Shown: positions 18,297 through 29,518 of the stretch, in pieces | How positions within the stretch are numbered: the stretch's first letter is position 1 | How the letters are laid out: each line of letters opens with the position of its first letter | Origin: Bacteroidales bacterium | GTDB taxonomy: Bacteria > Bacteroidota > Bacteroidia > Bacteroidales > CAIWKO01 | Length of the DNA stretch: 57,309 nucleotides | NCBI GenBank assembly: GCA_035389045.1 | Contig: DAOORA010000022.1 | Span: 1 to 57,309 of the forward strand | Direction: 5' to 3' | Notes under the pieces: model-generated | What the model was told of the DNA's origin: nothing | Databases searched by the model: none | What the model saw: only the letters and a program-made list of their open reading frames with translations | Made by a program: the position numbers and the translations under genes

Positions 18297-21047
18297 TTAA
18301 TGAATCAAACGGATCGTCTTATTTTGCGTTTTGTCAGTCCCTGTAAATTCAAGCCTGAAAGTATACATCCCTGCAGGTAAACTCCCAGGTGAAAAAACAA
18401 CTTCATGTCTTCCGCCGTTCCGTGTCTCGTTTATAAGTTCTTGCACAAGTTCCCCGATCGCATTATACACATCAATTTTGACCATTCCGTCTGCGGGGAT
18501 GCGGTATGTCAGGATTGCATCGCCGCCAAAGGGATTAGGATATCCGGTAAACTCAAAACCGGGTTCTGTGTTGTTTCCCAGAACAAATACCCTGGGCATC
18601 AACAGGTAGGCATCTTCATTTTCTTGACCATACTGGTCGCCCATCACGCCTGTGCCCGACAGTTCAAAATCAAGAGCGCCTTGCACTGATCCTCGGTGAG
18701 AGCGGAAGCCCAGGCGGATAATTTCATCATTGGCAGCAACATCAAAATGATCCGTTGTTGCAAATACCACGCGGATCACCCCGTCTTCATCGGTGACCAG
18801 TAAGTCATTATCCTCAGCTATGATCTCTTCCAATGTCGGATTGATCTTTACATAACCGTTCTTGTTACTTCCTTTTGACATGGATGCACTTACCAGGCTG
18901 AATGTTTCAACCGGGTAGTTTAATTCAAGGCCCAGGGCTGAAAAATCATTCATTTTAGTGCTGATGCGCAACGGAATTTCAAAATAGTCCGGAGTGCCGG
19001 TAGTAATGTACTCATCAGAAACGGCTATGATATTTTCCGGCAGCGATTTGGCCATACCCCAGTTTATCAGGGAATCGCGGTATTTGCTGCTTGAGGCATT
19101 ATAGTCGCCATAGCAGATCGTCTTCAGCGCAATATTCAGATTGCCTCCTGCCACTGTAACAGAGGTGTCAAGCGCCACCCAGTTTCCTTTCGGAAAATTC
19201 TTCGTAACATTGTATGGCGCCCCGATCTTGGCTTTTGTCCTCGAAATATCGATAGCATTGATCGACGTATTATTGTCTACATTGGCCGCCTTCCGGTATT
19301 TCGGATAGAAATTTCTTGACGGGTCTATGGTTGTGTCGCATCCGATGTAATATTTCATTATGGCCACGTCAATGGCGTCCACAGCATTTCCCCATTGCAT
19401 GGTGTCAACCGTGTATTTATCATACGACAAAATGTAAGTGCCATTAGTGACATTTGTGAACTGATAAACGCCGAGGGCGTCGCTGGTATCCCGTGCTACC
19501 TCGGTTCCGGAAGGATAATTCTTAAGTATCACAATAACATTATCAATATTATAAATCACTGAGTTATAGGTCGGCGGATTGGGTGCGGGGGTACCGTTAT
19601 TGGCTTTCCCAAGATAACGTGTCTTGCCGCTGATATTATATCCGATACCGGTAACCGTGACGGTAACAACATCAGTAGCGGTACAACCACTGTTGTTGAC
19701 AGATAATGTATATGTTGTAGTAACCGTTGGTGATGCCAGGGGCTGGGCGAGGGTTGTATCGTTTAAGCCTGCAGAAGGAATCCATGTTATAACTCCCGGG
19801 CCATTGCCTGAATTGCCGATTTGTACCGGTGTGCCGGAGTAAGTAACATTAGGTCCGGCTTCTGCTACGGGTATAACATTAACCGTGGCGGTAGCAGCAT
19901 TTGTCGTTACAGAACCACCTTCATTGGTAACAATACACTGGTACTGACATCCGTTGATCAGCAGGGTGACGCCCGAAATGGTCAGGGTGTTGGTCGTTGT
20001 GCCTGAGTATGTGCCATTATTCGATAAATTTTGCCATCCGCTTCCGCAGTTTTCCTGCCACTGATAGGTCAGGCCCATTCCGGTAGCAAACAAATTAAAG
20101 ATCATGCTCCCACCCACACAGGCAATAGCAGGTCCGGGATGCTTGACTATTACCGGGGGAGGGTAAGTTCTGACAATAAAGCGGGATGCAGAAGAAGAAA
20201 AATTGGTAATGCCTGTTGACAAATGATACCAGTCTGTAGCGGGTAAATTGTTGACAGATCCGGGTATTCCTGAGACAGGCGACCATGTGCCGCCTACATT
20301 ATGCCATATTAGAGCGGCTGAGTTAACAAATGATGTCCCCTGATCTTGTGTGTTCCATCCCAGATTTAATGAGGCCGTTGTTCCTCCGGTCACATTCTCA
20401 TTGATCACCCATGTTTTTTGAACACAGGTCGGATCGCTCCCTGTGGTGGGATTCACACCTTTTTCAACTCTTACAGCAAAAGTGTCCGTTGTGCCGGTAT
20501 AATTTAAAATAGCCGGCTTATAACTGTTCAGTGTATCTCCAACCGGGAATAAAAAACCGGTGGCTGTCGGGAGCGATTTTTTTATCAGACTGCCTGTACC
20601 GTTGGTTACTACAAACCGGGAATTATCCGCATTTATAACATTTGCATTAGGTAATAACGAAAGGTTATAATTTGAAATAAGGATTTTATTTGCGTTTAGG
20701 ACAAGCGAATCCGCAACAGATGAATGTACTGAAATCGTTTTATTTCCGGTTCCTGTAATGATCAGGTTATTGAATACCGTTGAACTCGTACCGCCGATAT
20801 CCTGTGCCGCCCCGTTGAGAGAAACACTGCTCACTGATCCGGAAGCAAAAGAAGCGTTGTTCACAAAATTACCTGAAACATATAGATCTCCGTTATTCTG
20901 AACACTGCCTCCTGCATCATTGGTAAAAAAAGATCCGCAGACGACAAAAGCCCCCGGATTTATTTTTATGTAGGCCTTGTTGGTTATTTGCCCGAGGGCC
21001 AGGCCTCCCGATATGATTAAGATTAAAAAAAACAATGATCTTTTCAT
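18297..21047 (-). CDS. T9SS surface protein with beta-rich N-terminus and Ig domains; shares its C-terminal ~445 aa with the 1878 aa protein
   Basis: Signal peptide; 'LTYQWQ...YSGTTTNTLTI' Ig domain; C-terminus near-identical from ISGKTRYLGKANNG to KTIRLIH. Confidence 0.85.
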   Translation of the reverse strand: MKRSLFFLILIISGGLALGQITNKAYIKINPGAFVVCGSFFTNDAGGSVQNNGDLYVSGNFVNNASFASGSVSSVSLNGAAQDIGGTSSTVFNNLIITGTGNKTISVHSSVADSLVLNANKILISNYNLSLLPNANVINADNSRFVVTNGTGSLIKKSLPTATGFLFPVGDTLNSYKPAILNYTGTTDTFAVRVEKGVNPTTGSDPTCVQKTWVINENVTGGTTASLNLGWNTQDQGTSFVNSAALIWHNVGGTWSPVSGIPGSVNNLPATDWYHLSTGITNFSSSASRFIVRTYPPPVIVKHPGPAIACVGGSMIFNLFATGMGLTYQWQENCGSGWQNLSNNGTYSGTTTNTLTISGVTLLINGCQYQCIVTNEGGSVTTNAATATVNVIPVAEAGPNVTYSGTPVQIGNSGNGPGVITWIPSAGLNDTTLAQPLASPTVTTTYTLSVNNSGCTATDVVTVTVTGIGYNISGKTRYLGKANNGTPAPNPPTYNSVIYNIDNVIVILKNYPSGTEVARDTSDALGVYQFTNVTNGTYILSYDKYTVDTMQWGNAVDAIDVAIMKYYIGCDTTIDPSRNFYPKYRKAANVDNNTSINAIDISRTKAKIGAPYNVTKNFPKGNWVALDTSVTVAGGNLNIALKTICYGDYNASSSKYRDSLINWGMAKSLPENIIAVSDEYITTGTPDYFEIPLRISTKMNDFSALGLELNYPVETFSLVSASMSKGSNKNGYVKINPTLEEIIAEDNDLLVTDEDGVIRVVFATTDHFDVAANDEIIRLGFRSHRGSVQGALDFELSGTGVMGDQYGQENEDAYLLMPRVFVLGNNTEPGFEFTGYPNPFGGDAILTYRIPADGMVKIDVYNAIGELVQELINETRNGGRHEVVFSPGSLPAGMYTFRLEFTGTDKTQNKTIRLIH

Positions 21048-21088
21048 GACCTGAATTATTTAAGGTTCATAGATTTTTTACCAATTTT

Positions 21089-23846
21089 TTAGTCTTTAAC
21101 TTTGATCAATGATTTCAATTCGTCGATCTGTTGTTGCAGATCTTTGATCTTTGTCTGCTGTTCCTGAATTAATTTTTGCTGCTCCTGTGCGGCCTTTACC
21201 AAAGGAACAACAAAATCAGAGTAGGTAAGGCCGTAAAGATCATTATCATGTTTTGGTTTTTTCACACCACTGAAATCGTACCCGCATTCTTTGGCGGCTT
21301 GTTCAACCTCCTGGGCAATAAACCCGCTGAACGTTATCTTTTCAATATCATATTTTCCATCATATTCACTCTTATCCTTTTTATTCAGAATTTTATCCTG
21401 TTTGTCCTTATCAATATTAAAAGTGACGGGGCGTAATTTCATAATAAAATCCAAACCGGACACATCTTCTTTAACATTGTTCTTTACCCTGCCGTCTGAT
21501 AATGTTGACCATCCTACTTGTCCACCGATTTGAGTCACTGCTGTATTTCCAACCCTGACATAATTTGTAGCGGTCGCCGTTGCGCCATTGCCCAAAGCCA
21601 TTGCGTTGTTGTAAGTTCCTCCTGAACTAAAATCAGCATCATAGCCTAAAAATGTACAATAAGTATAGGTTGGCCCGCTCACTCCGGCACCGGCAGCCCA
21701 GCCAACAGCCGTATTATAACCGCCCTTGTTCTGATACAATGAATAATATCCAACGCTGGTATTTCCTATCGCTGATGTTGCATTTTGCAATGCCCAGTAA
21801 CCGATGGCAATATTTTGAGAACCAGTGGTATTGGTATAAAGCGCTCTTGTTCCCAATGCAACATTATCGTAACCGTTGATGTTTGCAACAAGAGCTTCTT
21901 GTCCAACCGCAATATTATTGTATCCCGTAGTGTTTGCCTGTCCGCTGTTGGCACCCAAAAAAACATTGTAATTATTCGTGTGGTCATCATTTTCTCCTGC
22001 CAAATTGCCAATAAATACAGAATAACCTGTATTAATAGGTTTTATTTGTCCTTTGGTCGTTATTCTGAACCGTTCCATATTATTGGTTCTGATCGTGAAT
22101 TCCTGGGCATCGGTGGTTCCAATGAAATTTGTGGAGGGATTTGTTCCTGCATTGCCTGTCAGTGACCAATAGTTTCCGGTGCCACCCGCAGGCGCCTGCC
22201 ATGTGGCGTTACCAATGGCGTCAGAAGTGAGTACATAACCCGCAGCAGGGGTTCCGGCCCCTGTCAGTCTGACGGAACCCGTGGTGTGAAGCTGGGCGGC
22301 AGGCGCCGTTGTACCTATCCCCACACTGCCGGAGCTGGTAATAGTTACAGCTCCTGCTGCCGGCGCATAATTCCATCCTAACTGTATGGTCTGATCTATT
22401 GAGTTAACCACATAGTTTCCGATGGCCAGAGCATCTATTCCGGAAACCTGATTATATAACCCGAACGCGTGGCCACCCGTAGAAGAAGTAATATCATTAC
22501 AAACACCAATCGCAGTGCTGAAAACTGTTGATGAACTTGTTGAATTATCATAACCCAGAACTGTATTACCTCTGCCTCCGAAAATATCACTAGAGCCTCC
22601 TATAGCAACATTGGCACCCCACGATCCCGTTGGCACCACGACGGTATTACTATGGCCTATATTGGCCGTTCTTCCTTCAACATGTAAAACAGCATCGGGT
22701 GTTGAGGTTCCAATGCCTACATTGCCAGTGCTTAATACACGAATTCTCTCTGTGTTGCTTGTCCTTACAACAAAATCCTGGGCATCGGTGGTTCCTATGA
22801 AATTAGTGGAGGGGTTTGTGCCCGCGTTGCCCAACAGCAACCATTCGTCTCCTCCTGAAACTTGCGGATTCTGCCAGGTGGCATTGCCGCTGGCATCAGA
22901 AGTAAGAACCCGTCCCACGGCCGGAATACCTGCACCTGAAAAGGTAACAGATCCTGTGGTATGTAACTGAGAAACCGGAGCCGTGGTTCCTATTCCGACA
23001 TTCCCATCACTGGTAAGGGTCATGAGTCCGGGGGCGTCAGAATTGTTCCACCCTATTTGTATGGTCTGATCGATAGAATTAACAACCCTGTTGCCAATAG
23101 CAAAGGCATCCAATCCTGAAACCTGATTATATAGCCCGAACGCATGACCACCCGTAGAAGAAGTAATATCATTAACAACACCAACCGCAGTGCTGAAAAC
23201 TGTTGATGAACTTGTTGAATTATCATAACCCAGAACGGTATTACCTCTGCCTCCGAAAATATCACTAGAGCCTCCTATAGCAACATTGGCACCATATTGT
23301 GCAGTCGGAAAAATCACGGTGTTATATTGTCCGATGTTGGCCGTTCTGCCTGAAACATGTAACACAGCATCAGGAGTTGAGGTTCCTATGCCGACATCGC
23401 CGGTGCTTAATACACGAATTTCTTTCTGTATTGCTTGTTCTTACAACAAAATCCTGAGTATCGGTGGTGCCAATAAAATTGGTCGCGGGATTTGTTCCTG
23501 CATTGCCCAGAAGCGCCCAGTCGTTACTTATTCCGGCGCCCGTCATAAAACGTACCCAAGCGGACCCGTTCCAGAAATAGTATCCCGGTGTCACATCATT
23601 TTGGGTTGCCGTATTGTATACCAGCAAACTGACCGCCGGAGACGTAACCGGTGCGGCAACAGTTGTAGAAGTAAGCGCCAGCCGGGGAATAAGAAGTCCC
23701 GATGTTAAACTTGAAACGTCTAACATCGCACTGGGATCCGCTGCACTACCGGTACTATTTATGGCAACATTTTGCTGAGCCTGAATGCCTGTAAATGCAA
23801 ACACAAAAAATAAACTGAAAAGTAGAAATGTTTTTTTCATAGTCAT
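21089..23846 (-). pseudogene. Secreted trimeric fibre/adhesin-like protein with a Peptidase_S74 chaperone domain, split by a +1 frameshift at ~23420
   Basis: ORFs 23370-23846 and 21089-23365 fuse to ~918 aa if one base is removed; YadA-like N.A.G repeats; 'GNVGIGT..P' repeats; SDGRVKNN...LRPVTF plus coiled coil. Confidence 0.8.
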
Positions 23847-24249
23847 ATGTTTTGATTTTGGGGTTCTGTGTTTTTATATTCCAGACATAAATCAGAACCC
23901 ATTTAAATTTATGCCTAAAATTTAGACAATAATACAAATAAACTTTCAGATTCTTTCAATATACAGTATCTTTTTTGTAGAAATCATCAACTTCGAAATT
24001 TTATTTCATTAACGATGCATGAACCGATCTTAAAAAAATCCAGGAGTATAGGGTTGTTTTTATTAAATGAACCCCAATCTCCTTGCAAAGAAATTTAAAA
24101 AATAATAGAATTATCCAACGATCTAAATATAATGTATTATAAATCAACGCATTTTTATCTTTGCGGAAAAATATTGTTATATTTCTTATTTATTCCCGGT
24201 TATCCGCTATTATTATGTAATTTTGGGCGCTGTAAAAAGTATAAATAAA

Positions 24250-25854
24250 ATGAGGAACATCCGACTATCTGTATATCTGCCTGTTTTTTTCGCCCTAACA
24301 CTTATTGCCGGTATCCTGACGGGGAAATATCTTTTTCCCGGATATCAAAAAGGGATTTCCCTTTTTAATTTCACCCGTTACGACAAGTTTAACGATGTAA
24401 TGAATTATATCGAAACCGATTACGTGGACACCATTAACAAAAAAGACCTGATCGAGAAAGCTGTTACCGGGCTTCTTGAGAGCCTTGACCCCCATTCAGC
24501 ATACATCAGTGCAGAAGATTTCAACGAAGCTAACGATCCTTTGGTTGGCAACTTTGATGGCATAGGCGTCCAGTTCCGGGTAATTAGGGATACTATCGTG
24601 GTTATCAACACAGTAGCAGGAGGCCCTTCGGAAAAACAAGGAATACTTGCGGGAGACCGCATTGTGAAAATTGACGGGAAAAATGTGGCCAGCATCAACA
24701 TCCCTGATGCCGAAGTGATGAAAAAATTAAAAGGCAGGCGCGGAACAACTGTTAATGTGGGTATATACCGGAGAGACGAGCACAAAATGTTTAATTTCAC
24801 TATTACAAGGGGGGTAATCCCGACTTATTCGGTAGATATTGCATATATGGTTGACAGACAAACAGGGTACATCAAACTAAGTAAGTTTTCTGCATCTACA
24901 GCCGATGAAGTTCATGATGCGATTGCTTCGCTGAAGATTCAGGGAATGACACAGCTGATCTTCGATGTGCGGGGCAACGGAGGTGGCTACCTTGAAGCGG
25001 CTATCCATATCGCCGACGAGTTTTTGCCCGAAAACAAACTCATCGTTTATACAGAAGGGTCGCATCGTTCCAAACAAAACTATTATTCAAAAAACAGCGG
25101 ATTGTTCGAGTCCGATAAACTGGTCATTCTTATTGATGAATTTTCAGCGTCAGCCAGCGAAATACTCTCCGGCGCCATACAGGACAATGACCGCGGGCTG
25201 ATCATCGGGAGGCGATCCTTCGGCAAAGGCCTCGTTCAGGAGCAGATCCCGCTGAATGACGGCTCGGCTGTCCGGCTTACGGTGGCACGGTATCATACGC
25301 CGACCGGCCGCTGCATTCAAAAGCCTTACAGTTCCGGTATAGAAGAATATTATATAGAATTCTATAAACGTCTTCAGGATGAAAACGCAGAAGCTGCCGA
25401 CAGCATGAACTTTACCGATACCGTGAGGTATAAAACCCCGAAAGGTAAAGTGGTGTATGGTGGCGGCGGAATTATGCCGGATATTTACATCTCCTACCAA
25501 AGCGAATATGTTTCACAGTATTATCGAAAAGTAATAAACAAAGGGCTGGTATACGAATTTGCTTTTGATTATGCCGACAAAAACAGGAAATACCTGAAAC
25601 GTTATAACAATGCAAAAGAATTTATTTCCGGGTTCAATATATCAAATGATTTATTTGATGAATTCACCGATTATGCTGAAAAAAAAGGTATTAAAAAAGA
25701 CGCGGAGGGGATCCGGCCGGCAGAAAATAGCCTGAAAGTCCTGATAAAAGGCGCTATAGGACGTAATATCTTCGACGACCCTGCCTTTTATCCGGTTATT
25801 TTGACGGAAGATATCATCTTTAAAAAGGCGTTAGAAGTAATGAAAAAGAAGTAA
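24250..25854 (+). CDS. S41A C-terminal processing protease (PDZ)
   Basis: LDPHSAY, FDGIGVQF, DVRGNGGG, SASASEI, GRRSFGKGLVQ. Confidence 0.92.
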   Translation: MRNIRLSVYLPVFFALTLIAGILTGKYLFPGYQKGISLFNFTRYDKFNDVMNYIETDYVDTINKKDLIEKAVTGLLESLDPHSAYISAEDFNEANDPLVGNFDGIGVQFRVIRDTIVVINTVAGGPSEKQGILAGDRIVKIDGKNVASINIPDAEVMKKLKGRRGTTVNVGIYRRDEHKMFNFTITRGVIPTYSVDIAYMVDRQTGYIKLSKFSASTADEVHDAIASLKIQGMTQLIFDVRGNGGGYLEAAIHIADEFLPENKLIVYTEGSHRSKQNYYSKNSGLFESDKLVILIDEFSASASEILSGAIQDNDRGLIIGRRSFGKGLVQEQIPLNDGSAVRLTVARYHTPTGRCIQKPYSSGIEEYYIEFYKRLQDENAEAADSMNFTDTVRYKTPKGKVVYGGGGIMPDIYISYQSEYVSQYYRKVINKGLVYEFAFDYADKNRKYLKRYNNAKEFISGFNISNDLFDEFTDYAEKKGIKKDAEGIRPAENSLKVLIKGAIGRNIFDDPAFYPVILTEDIIFKKALEVMKKK

Positions 25855-25908
25855 TTCTTTTCTAAAAAGAAAAAACATAATAATTTTACATCAGTTTTTC
25901 TGTGATCC

Positions 25909-26304
25909 ATGTTTGATTTTTTGACCAAAGATTTTATTTTTAAATTCTTCAAATTCGGGGTTGTCGGTCTTTCGGGAGTTATGGTTGATTTTGGCACTAC
26001 CTTCGTATGTAAAGAACTTATAAAGATACCCAAATACATTTCGAATGCGATAGGCTTTACGGTTGCAGCAACCTGGAACTATTTTTTTAACCGTATCTGG
26101 ACATTTCAAAGCCAGGACCCCCAAATTACATTCGAATTTTTACGATTTTTCGCTGTGTCATTAGCCGGCCTTGGCATTAACACACTTATATTATGGATAC
26201 TGGTGAGTAAACATAAGAAAAACTTTTACGTTTCAAAACTCTTTGCCATTGGCACAGTAATGATTTGGAATTTCCTGATGAATCTGTGGGTTACCTTTCA
26301 TTAA
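25909..26304 (+). CDS. GtrA-family membrane protein
   Basis: KFGVVG..G..VD, WNYFFNRIWTF, four hydrophobic segments. Confidence 0.88.
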   Translation: MFDFLTKDFIFKFFKFGVVGLSGVMVDFGTTFVCKELIKIPKYISNAIGFTVAATWNYFFNRIWTFQSQDPQITFEFLRFFAVSLAGLGINTLILWILVSKHKKNFYVSKLFAIGTVMIWNFLMNLWVTFH

Positions 26305-26357
26305 ATTATTTTTTTTCTGATTGTCCACGGTAATATCATTGTTATTTCCGGGATTTA

Positions 26358-28973
26358 TTAAAAAATATCTTTTATTGTATCCTCTTCCTCATCCCAGATA
26401 ACATTAAAATCATAACTTTCTTTTGGTTTTTTAACGTTTGTTTTGTTGACGGCAGAGTCTTTTTTAAACCACCCGAATTCACGGTTAAGAATTTCTTTCA
26501 GTGTTTCTTTCTCCTTAGTGAGACTGGTTTTTATATTTGTTTTATATCCTTCTTTATCAAGGGTGTGATAAACCGGATTATCCACGGTGCCGGTAATGCG
26601 GAAAAAATATTTTTCTTTATGTAATCCGTCATCTGTGATCTGCCCGATGTCTTCCACCTGACCGTCCTGTTTTTCTCCGCTGCCGCGCAGTTGCGATATC
26701 AGCACATTAAGATGATAGTCTATTTGCTGATCAAAACCATGTGTTCCGTTTACTTTAAAATCGATGGCGCTGCTGTTGATCTCCATTTCAGGAATATAGA
26801 TCACCTGATCTTTGATTTCAATAATGTTTGTAAGTGTTTCAAACGTAACATTTTTCAGATTGCGGTTTTTCAGATATTTCGATAATCCGCTCAGGGGCTC
26901 ATAGTCAATCAGTGCACCATTTTCTATTGCAATATCTGCCTTGGCATAAATAGTGGGTTTTTCCACTACAAATGTATTCGACCACAATGAAGCAATCTGA
27001 ACATCAGCGGTAAGCGTACCCCTGAGATTTTTATCCTGCAGGCTGGTTTGTCCGAAATTATCCATTTCGCCGAACAGCTGACGGATGTCAACCCTTTTTA
27101 CAGAGGCATCACAGCTGATCAGTAGTTTGTCTGGGGATGTTCCGTCTATCAATCCTGAAAATTTTATCTTTCCGTTCATAGCTGAAAGCGAAATGTCCTT
27201 CACCACAAATTGCTTGTTTTTCAAGGTCACGGTACCTGTGATATTTGCCGCGGTGAATTTATTGAATGAAAACTTCCCGACGTCAAGAGCCAGCCTGAAA
27301 TCAATGTGATCCGGAAGCGTCATCCTGTAAATGGTGTCTTTTTTAGTAGAAGAATACTTAAGTATTTCTCCCAGATCAAAATTCCGGGATGTAACATTGG
27401 CATCAATCATCAGATCCTGATTATTTATAAAGAGATAAGGGATAATATTTTTGAATTTTCCTTTCAGCAAAAAATCTGACGACATATAATTGCCTCCGAA
27501 GTCTCCGGTTTCGATGTCGTTATTATTAAAAATGAAGGTTCCGTTAAGGTTTGAAAACGTATGTCCGCTCCCTCTTAATACTATTTCTGCATTTTGTATT
27601 TCTATTGTCCCTGCCGAATTGCTTGCAATAAAATCGTTTACGGTAAAACCATCCGGACTTTCAACAACCCCCTTAATAGTTGTCTGCATTTTAATTTTGC
27701 CTGTTGCCGACTCAACGGTATCTGTCTTAATAAAACGGAAAACATCCTTCAGGTCAAGTTCCGCAGACAGGTTAAGGTCTAAATGGGGCTTGCTGAAATT
27801 TGTTATGGTAATGTTTCCGGAGATGGTGCCATCGTTAAGCCGTGAATTAAAACCACGTACAGATAGTCTTGCCGTTGCCGCTTGGTGTCCTTCGCCATTG
27901 GTATAATCCGCATTAAAATTAACACGGCTCAGGGTGATGTCGTTTTGTTTTTGTGTGATATTGCCATCTTTCATTCCGAAAGACACAGAAAAAAGAGGAT
28001 TTGTTTTTGCTCCCGCATATCCTTTTATTATTGCCTTTAAACTAAAATCCCCCCTGAATTCATAATCGCTGAAATAGGTTTTATATTGTGGCGGCAGTTC
28101 ATTGATAAGAGATTGTATTTTCATTTTTTTTCCGGTAATGACAAGATCCAAGAGGGTAAGGCTTTCTGCATAAGAGATTTTTCCGGTAATATCAAAGAGC
28201 AATCTGCCTATGCTGATGCCGCCTTCTTTAAATGATACATAATCCTCGTCCGTATTTACATAAAGCGTCACGTCCACATCGGCGTTTTTATTGGCAAGAT
28301 AGGTTTCCCTGCCTTGTTTTATCTGGTATACAAACAAGTTGCCGTCAATATTCAGGGAGTAATCCCGGTCAGAAAATTTTCCCTTTAAAATAATATCCCC
28401 GGCGAAGACCTTAAAATCCTGATAAAGCCCATAATCAACATAGCTGATACCAATGTCGTCCAGTATTATTTTCTGAAGATCGAGTGAGAATTCCGATTTT
28501 GCTGTATCTGCCGAAGGCTTCCAGAAGTGATAATTGTCAGAACGATCCCGGTAAATTTTAATGTTCACATTACCCTCCTCGGCTTCGATTTTTTTTATTC
28601 TGTATTTTCCAAACAGAATATCAAATATGCTGAATTGCAGGCTGAGCGAAGATGTTTCGAGAAGATTTCCTTTATGTTTTTTTTCTTTGATGGCATCAAG
28701 AACTTTAACATTGTTGAAACTTACAGAGGCGTAAGGAAATTTTTTAAAAAGAGAAAACTGTATGTCTTTTTCAATATCCTGAACGACAATCTCTGTATTA
28801 AGACGTTTGTTTAGTTCATTAATGATGATATGTTTAACAGTATCTTCATAGAAATATCCTATGAAAACGCCGGCAGCGCCCAACACAGACAGAACAATCA
28901 ACAGGCTTACAGCCGTCTTCTTCAGACGGTGCCGGAGCCGGGAGTTTTTAAATCCTGATGACAATTTATTCAA
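26358..28973 (-). CDS. AsmA-like protein
   Basis: N-terminal TM anchor, 'FSLFKKFPYASV', long beta-rich body, C-terminal 'G.H.FD..IDY...F.ITGT..NP'. Confidence 0.8.
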   Translation of the reverse strand: MNKLSSGFKNSRLRHRLKKTAVSLLIVLSVLGAAGVFIGYFYEDTVKHIIINELNKRLNTEIVVQDIEKDIQFSLFKKFPYASVSFNNVKVLDAIKEKKHKGNLLETSSLSLQFSIFDILFGKYRIKKIEAEEGNVNIKIYRDRSDNYHFWKPSADTAKSEFSLDLQKIILDDIGISYVDYGLYQDFKVFAGDIILKGKFSDRDYSLNIDGNLFVYQIKQGRETYLANKNADVDVTLYVNTDEDYVSFKEGGISIGRLLFDITGKISYAESLTLLDLVITGKKMKIQSLINELPPQYKTYFSDYEFRGDFSLKAIIKGYAGAKTNPLFSVSFGMKDGNITQKQNDITLSRVNFNADYTNGEGHQAATARLSVRGFNSRLNDGTISGNITITNFSKPHLDLNLSAELDLKDVFRFIKTDTVESATGKIKMQTTIKGVVESPDGFTVNDFIASNSAGTIEIQNAEIVLRGSGHTFSNLNGTFIFNNNDIETGDFGGNYMSSDFLLKGKFKNIIPYLFINNQDLMIDANVTSRNFDLGEILKYSSTKKDTIYRMTLPDHIDFRLALDVGKFSFNKFTAANITGTVTLKNKQFVVKDISLSAMNGKIKFSGLIDGTSPDKLLISCDASVKRVDIRQLFGEMDNFGQTSLQDKNLRGTLTADVQIASLWSNTFVVEKPTIYAKADIAIENGALIDYEPLSGLSKYLKNRNLKNVTFETLTNIIEIKDQVIYIPEMEINSSAIDFKVNGTHGFDQQIDYHLNVLISQLRGSGEKQDGQVEDIGQITDDGLHKEKYFFRITGTVDNPVYHTLDKEGYKTNIKTSLTKEKETLKEILNREFGWFKKDSAVNKTNVKKPKESYDFNVIWDEEEDTIKDIF

Positions 28974-29060
28974 AATATTTCTTTTATTGCTACAAAAATA
29001 ATACTTGTATACGTTTCAAAACGCTAAAAAATCATCATTTAGTACACATATCCATGATCA

Positions 29061-29238
29061 GGGCCCCCATAAACCTGTCTGAACGAAACCCTTTTTGAAG
29101 TTGAAATGCCTCCGCAATATGGAGTTTACCGGGGATGATATGTTTTGCTTAATGTGCCTGCACACACATGCCAGTGTCGAACGCAAGGGTTTGAAAAACG
29201 AAGACGAACGAAAAAATTGGAAGTTTTTTGAGGTGCCC
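29061..29238. mobile_element. ~180 bp MITE related to 3202-3349
   Basis: GGGC...GAGGTGCCC ends; shares ACATGCCAGTG..ACGCAAGG.TTTGAA.AA.GAAGACGAACGAA..GAAGTTTT with 3202-3349; flanks TGATCA/TAATCA. Confidence 0.65.
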
Positions 29239-29518
29239 TAATCACAACAGATTACAGATGCTATAAAATAAACCAATCAATATTTTGTCAAAGTGCCACA
29301 AATTTTATAATTTAGCTGCTGCATTTAAAATAATATTTTAATAACCGCGTTATAACCCGTACGCTCAAAACAATTACTGTTGCAACTGTTTCTATTTCTG
29401 ATACATAATTTTGATTTTGCTTATTTTAATTAAATTGTTAATAACCCGGAACAGATAAAATCAAATAATTTCAACATATTATATAATTTTGAAAACTTTA
29501 TTTTTTGATAAAAAACCT

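Noticed and set aside
11497..19645. Diversity-generating retroelement TR/VR pair
   Set aside because: No reverse transcriptase; both copies are coding and ~1.4 kb; the differences I inspected are not adenine-specific
21089..23846. Prophage tail gene
   Set aside because: It has a Sec signal and no neighbouring phage structural, integrase or replication genes
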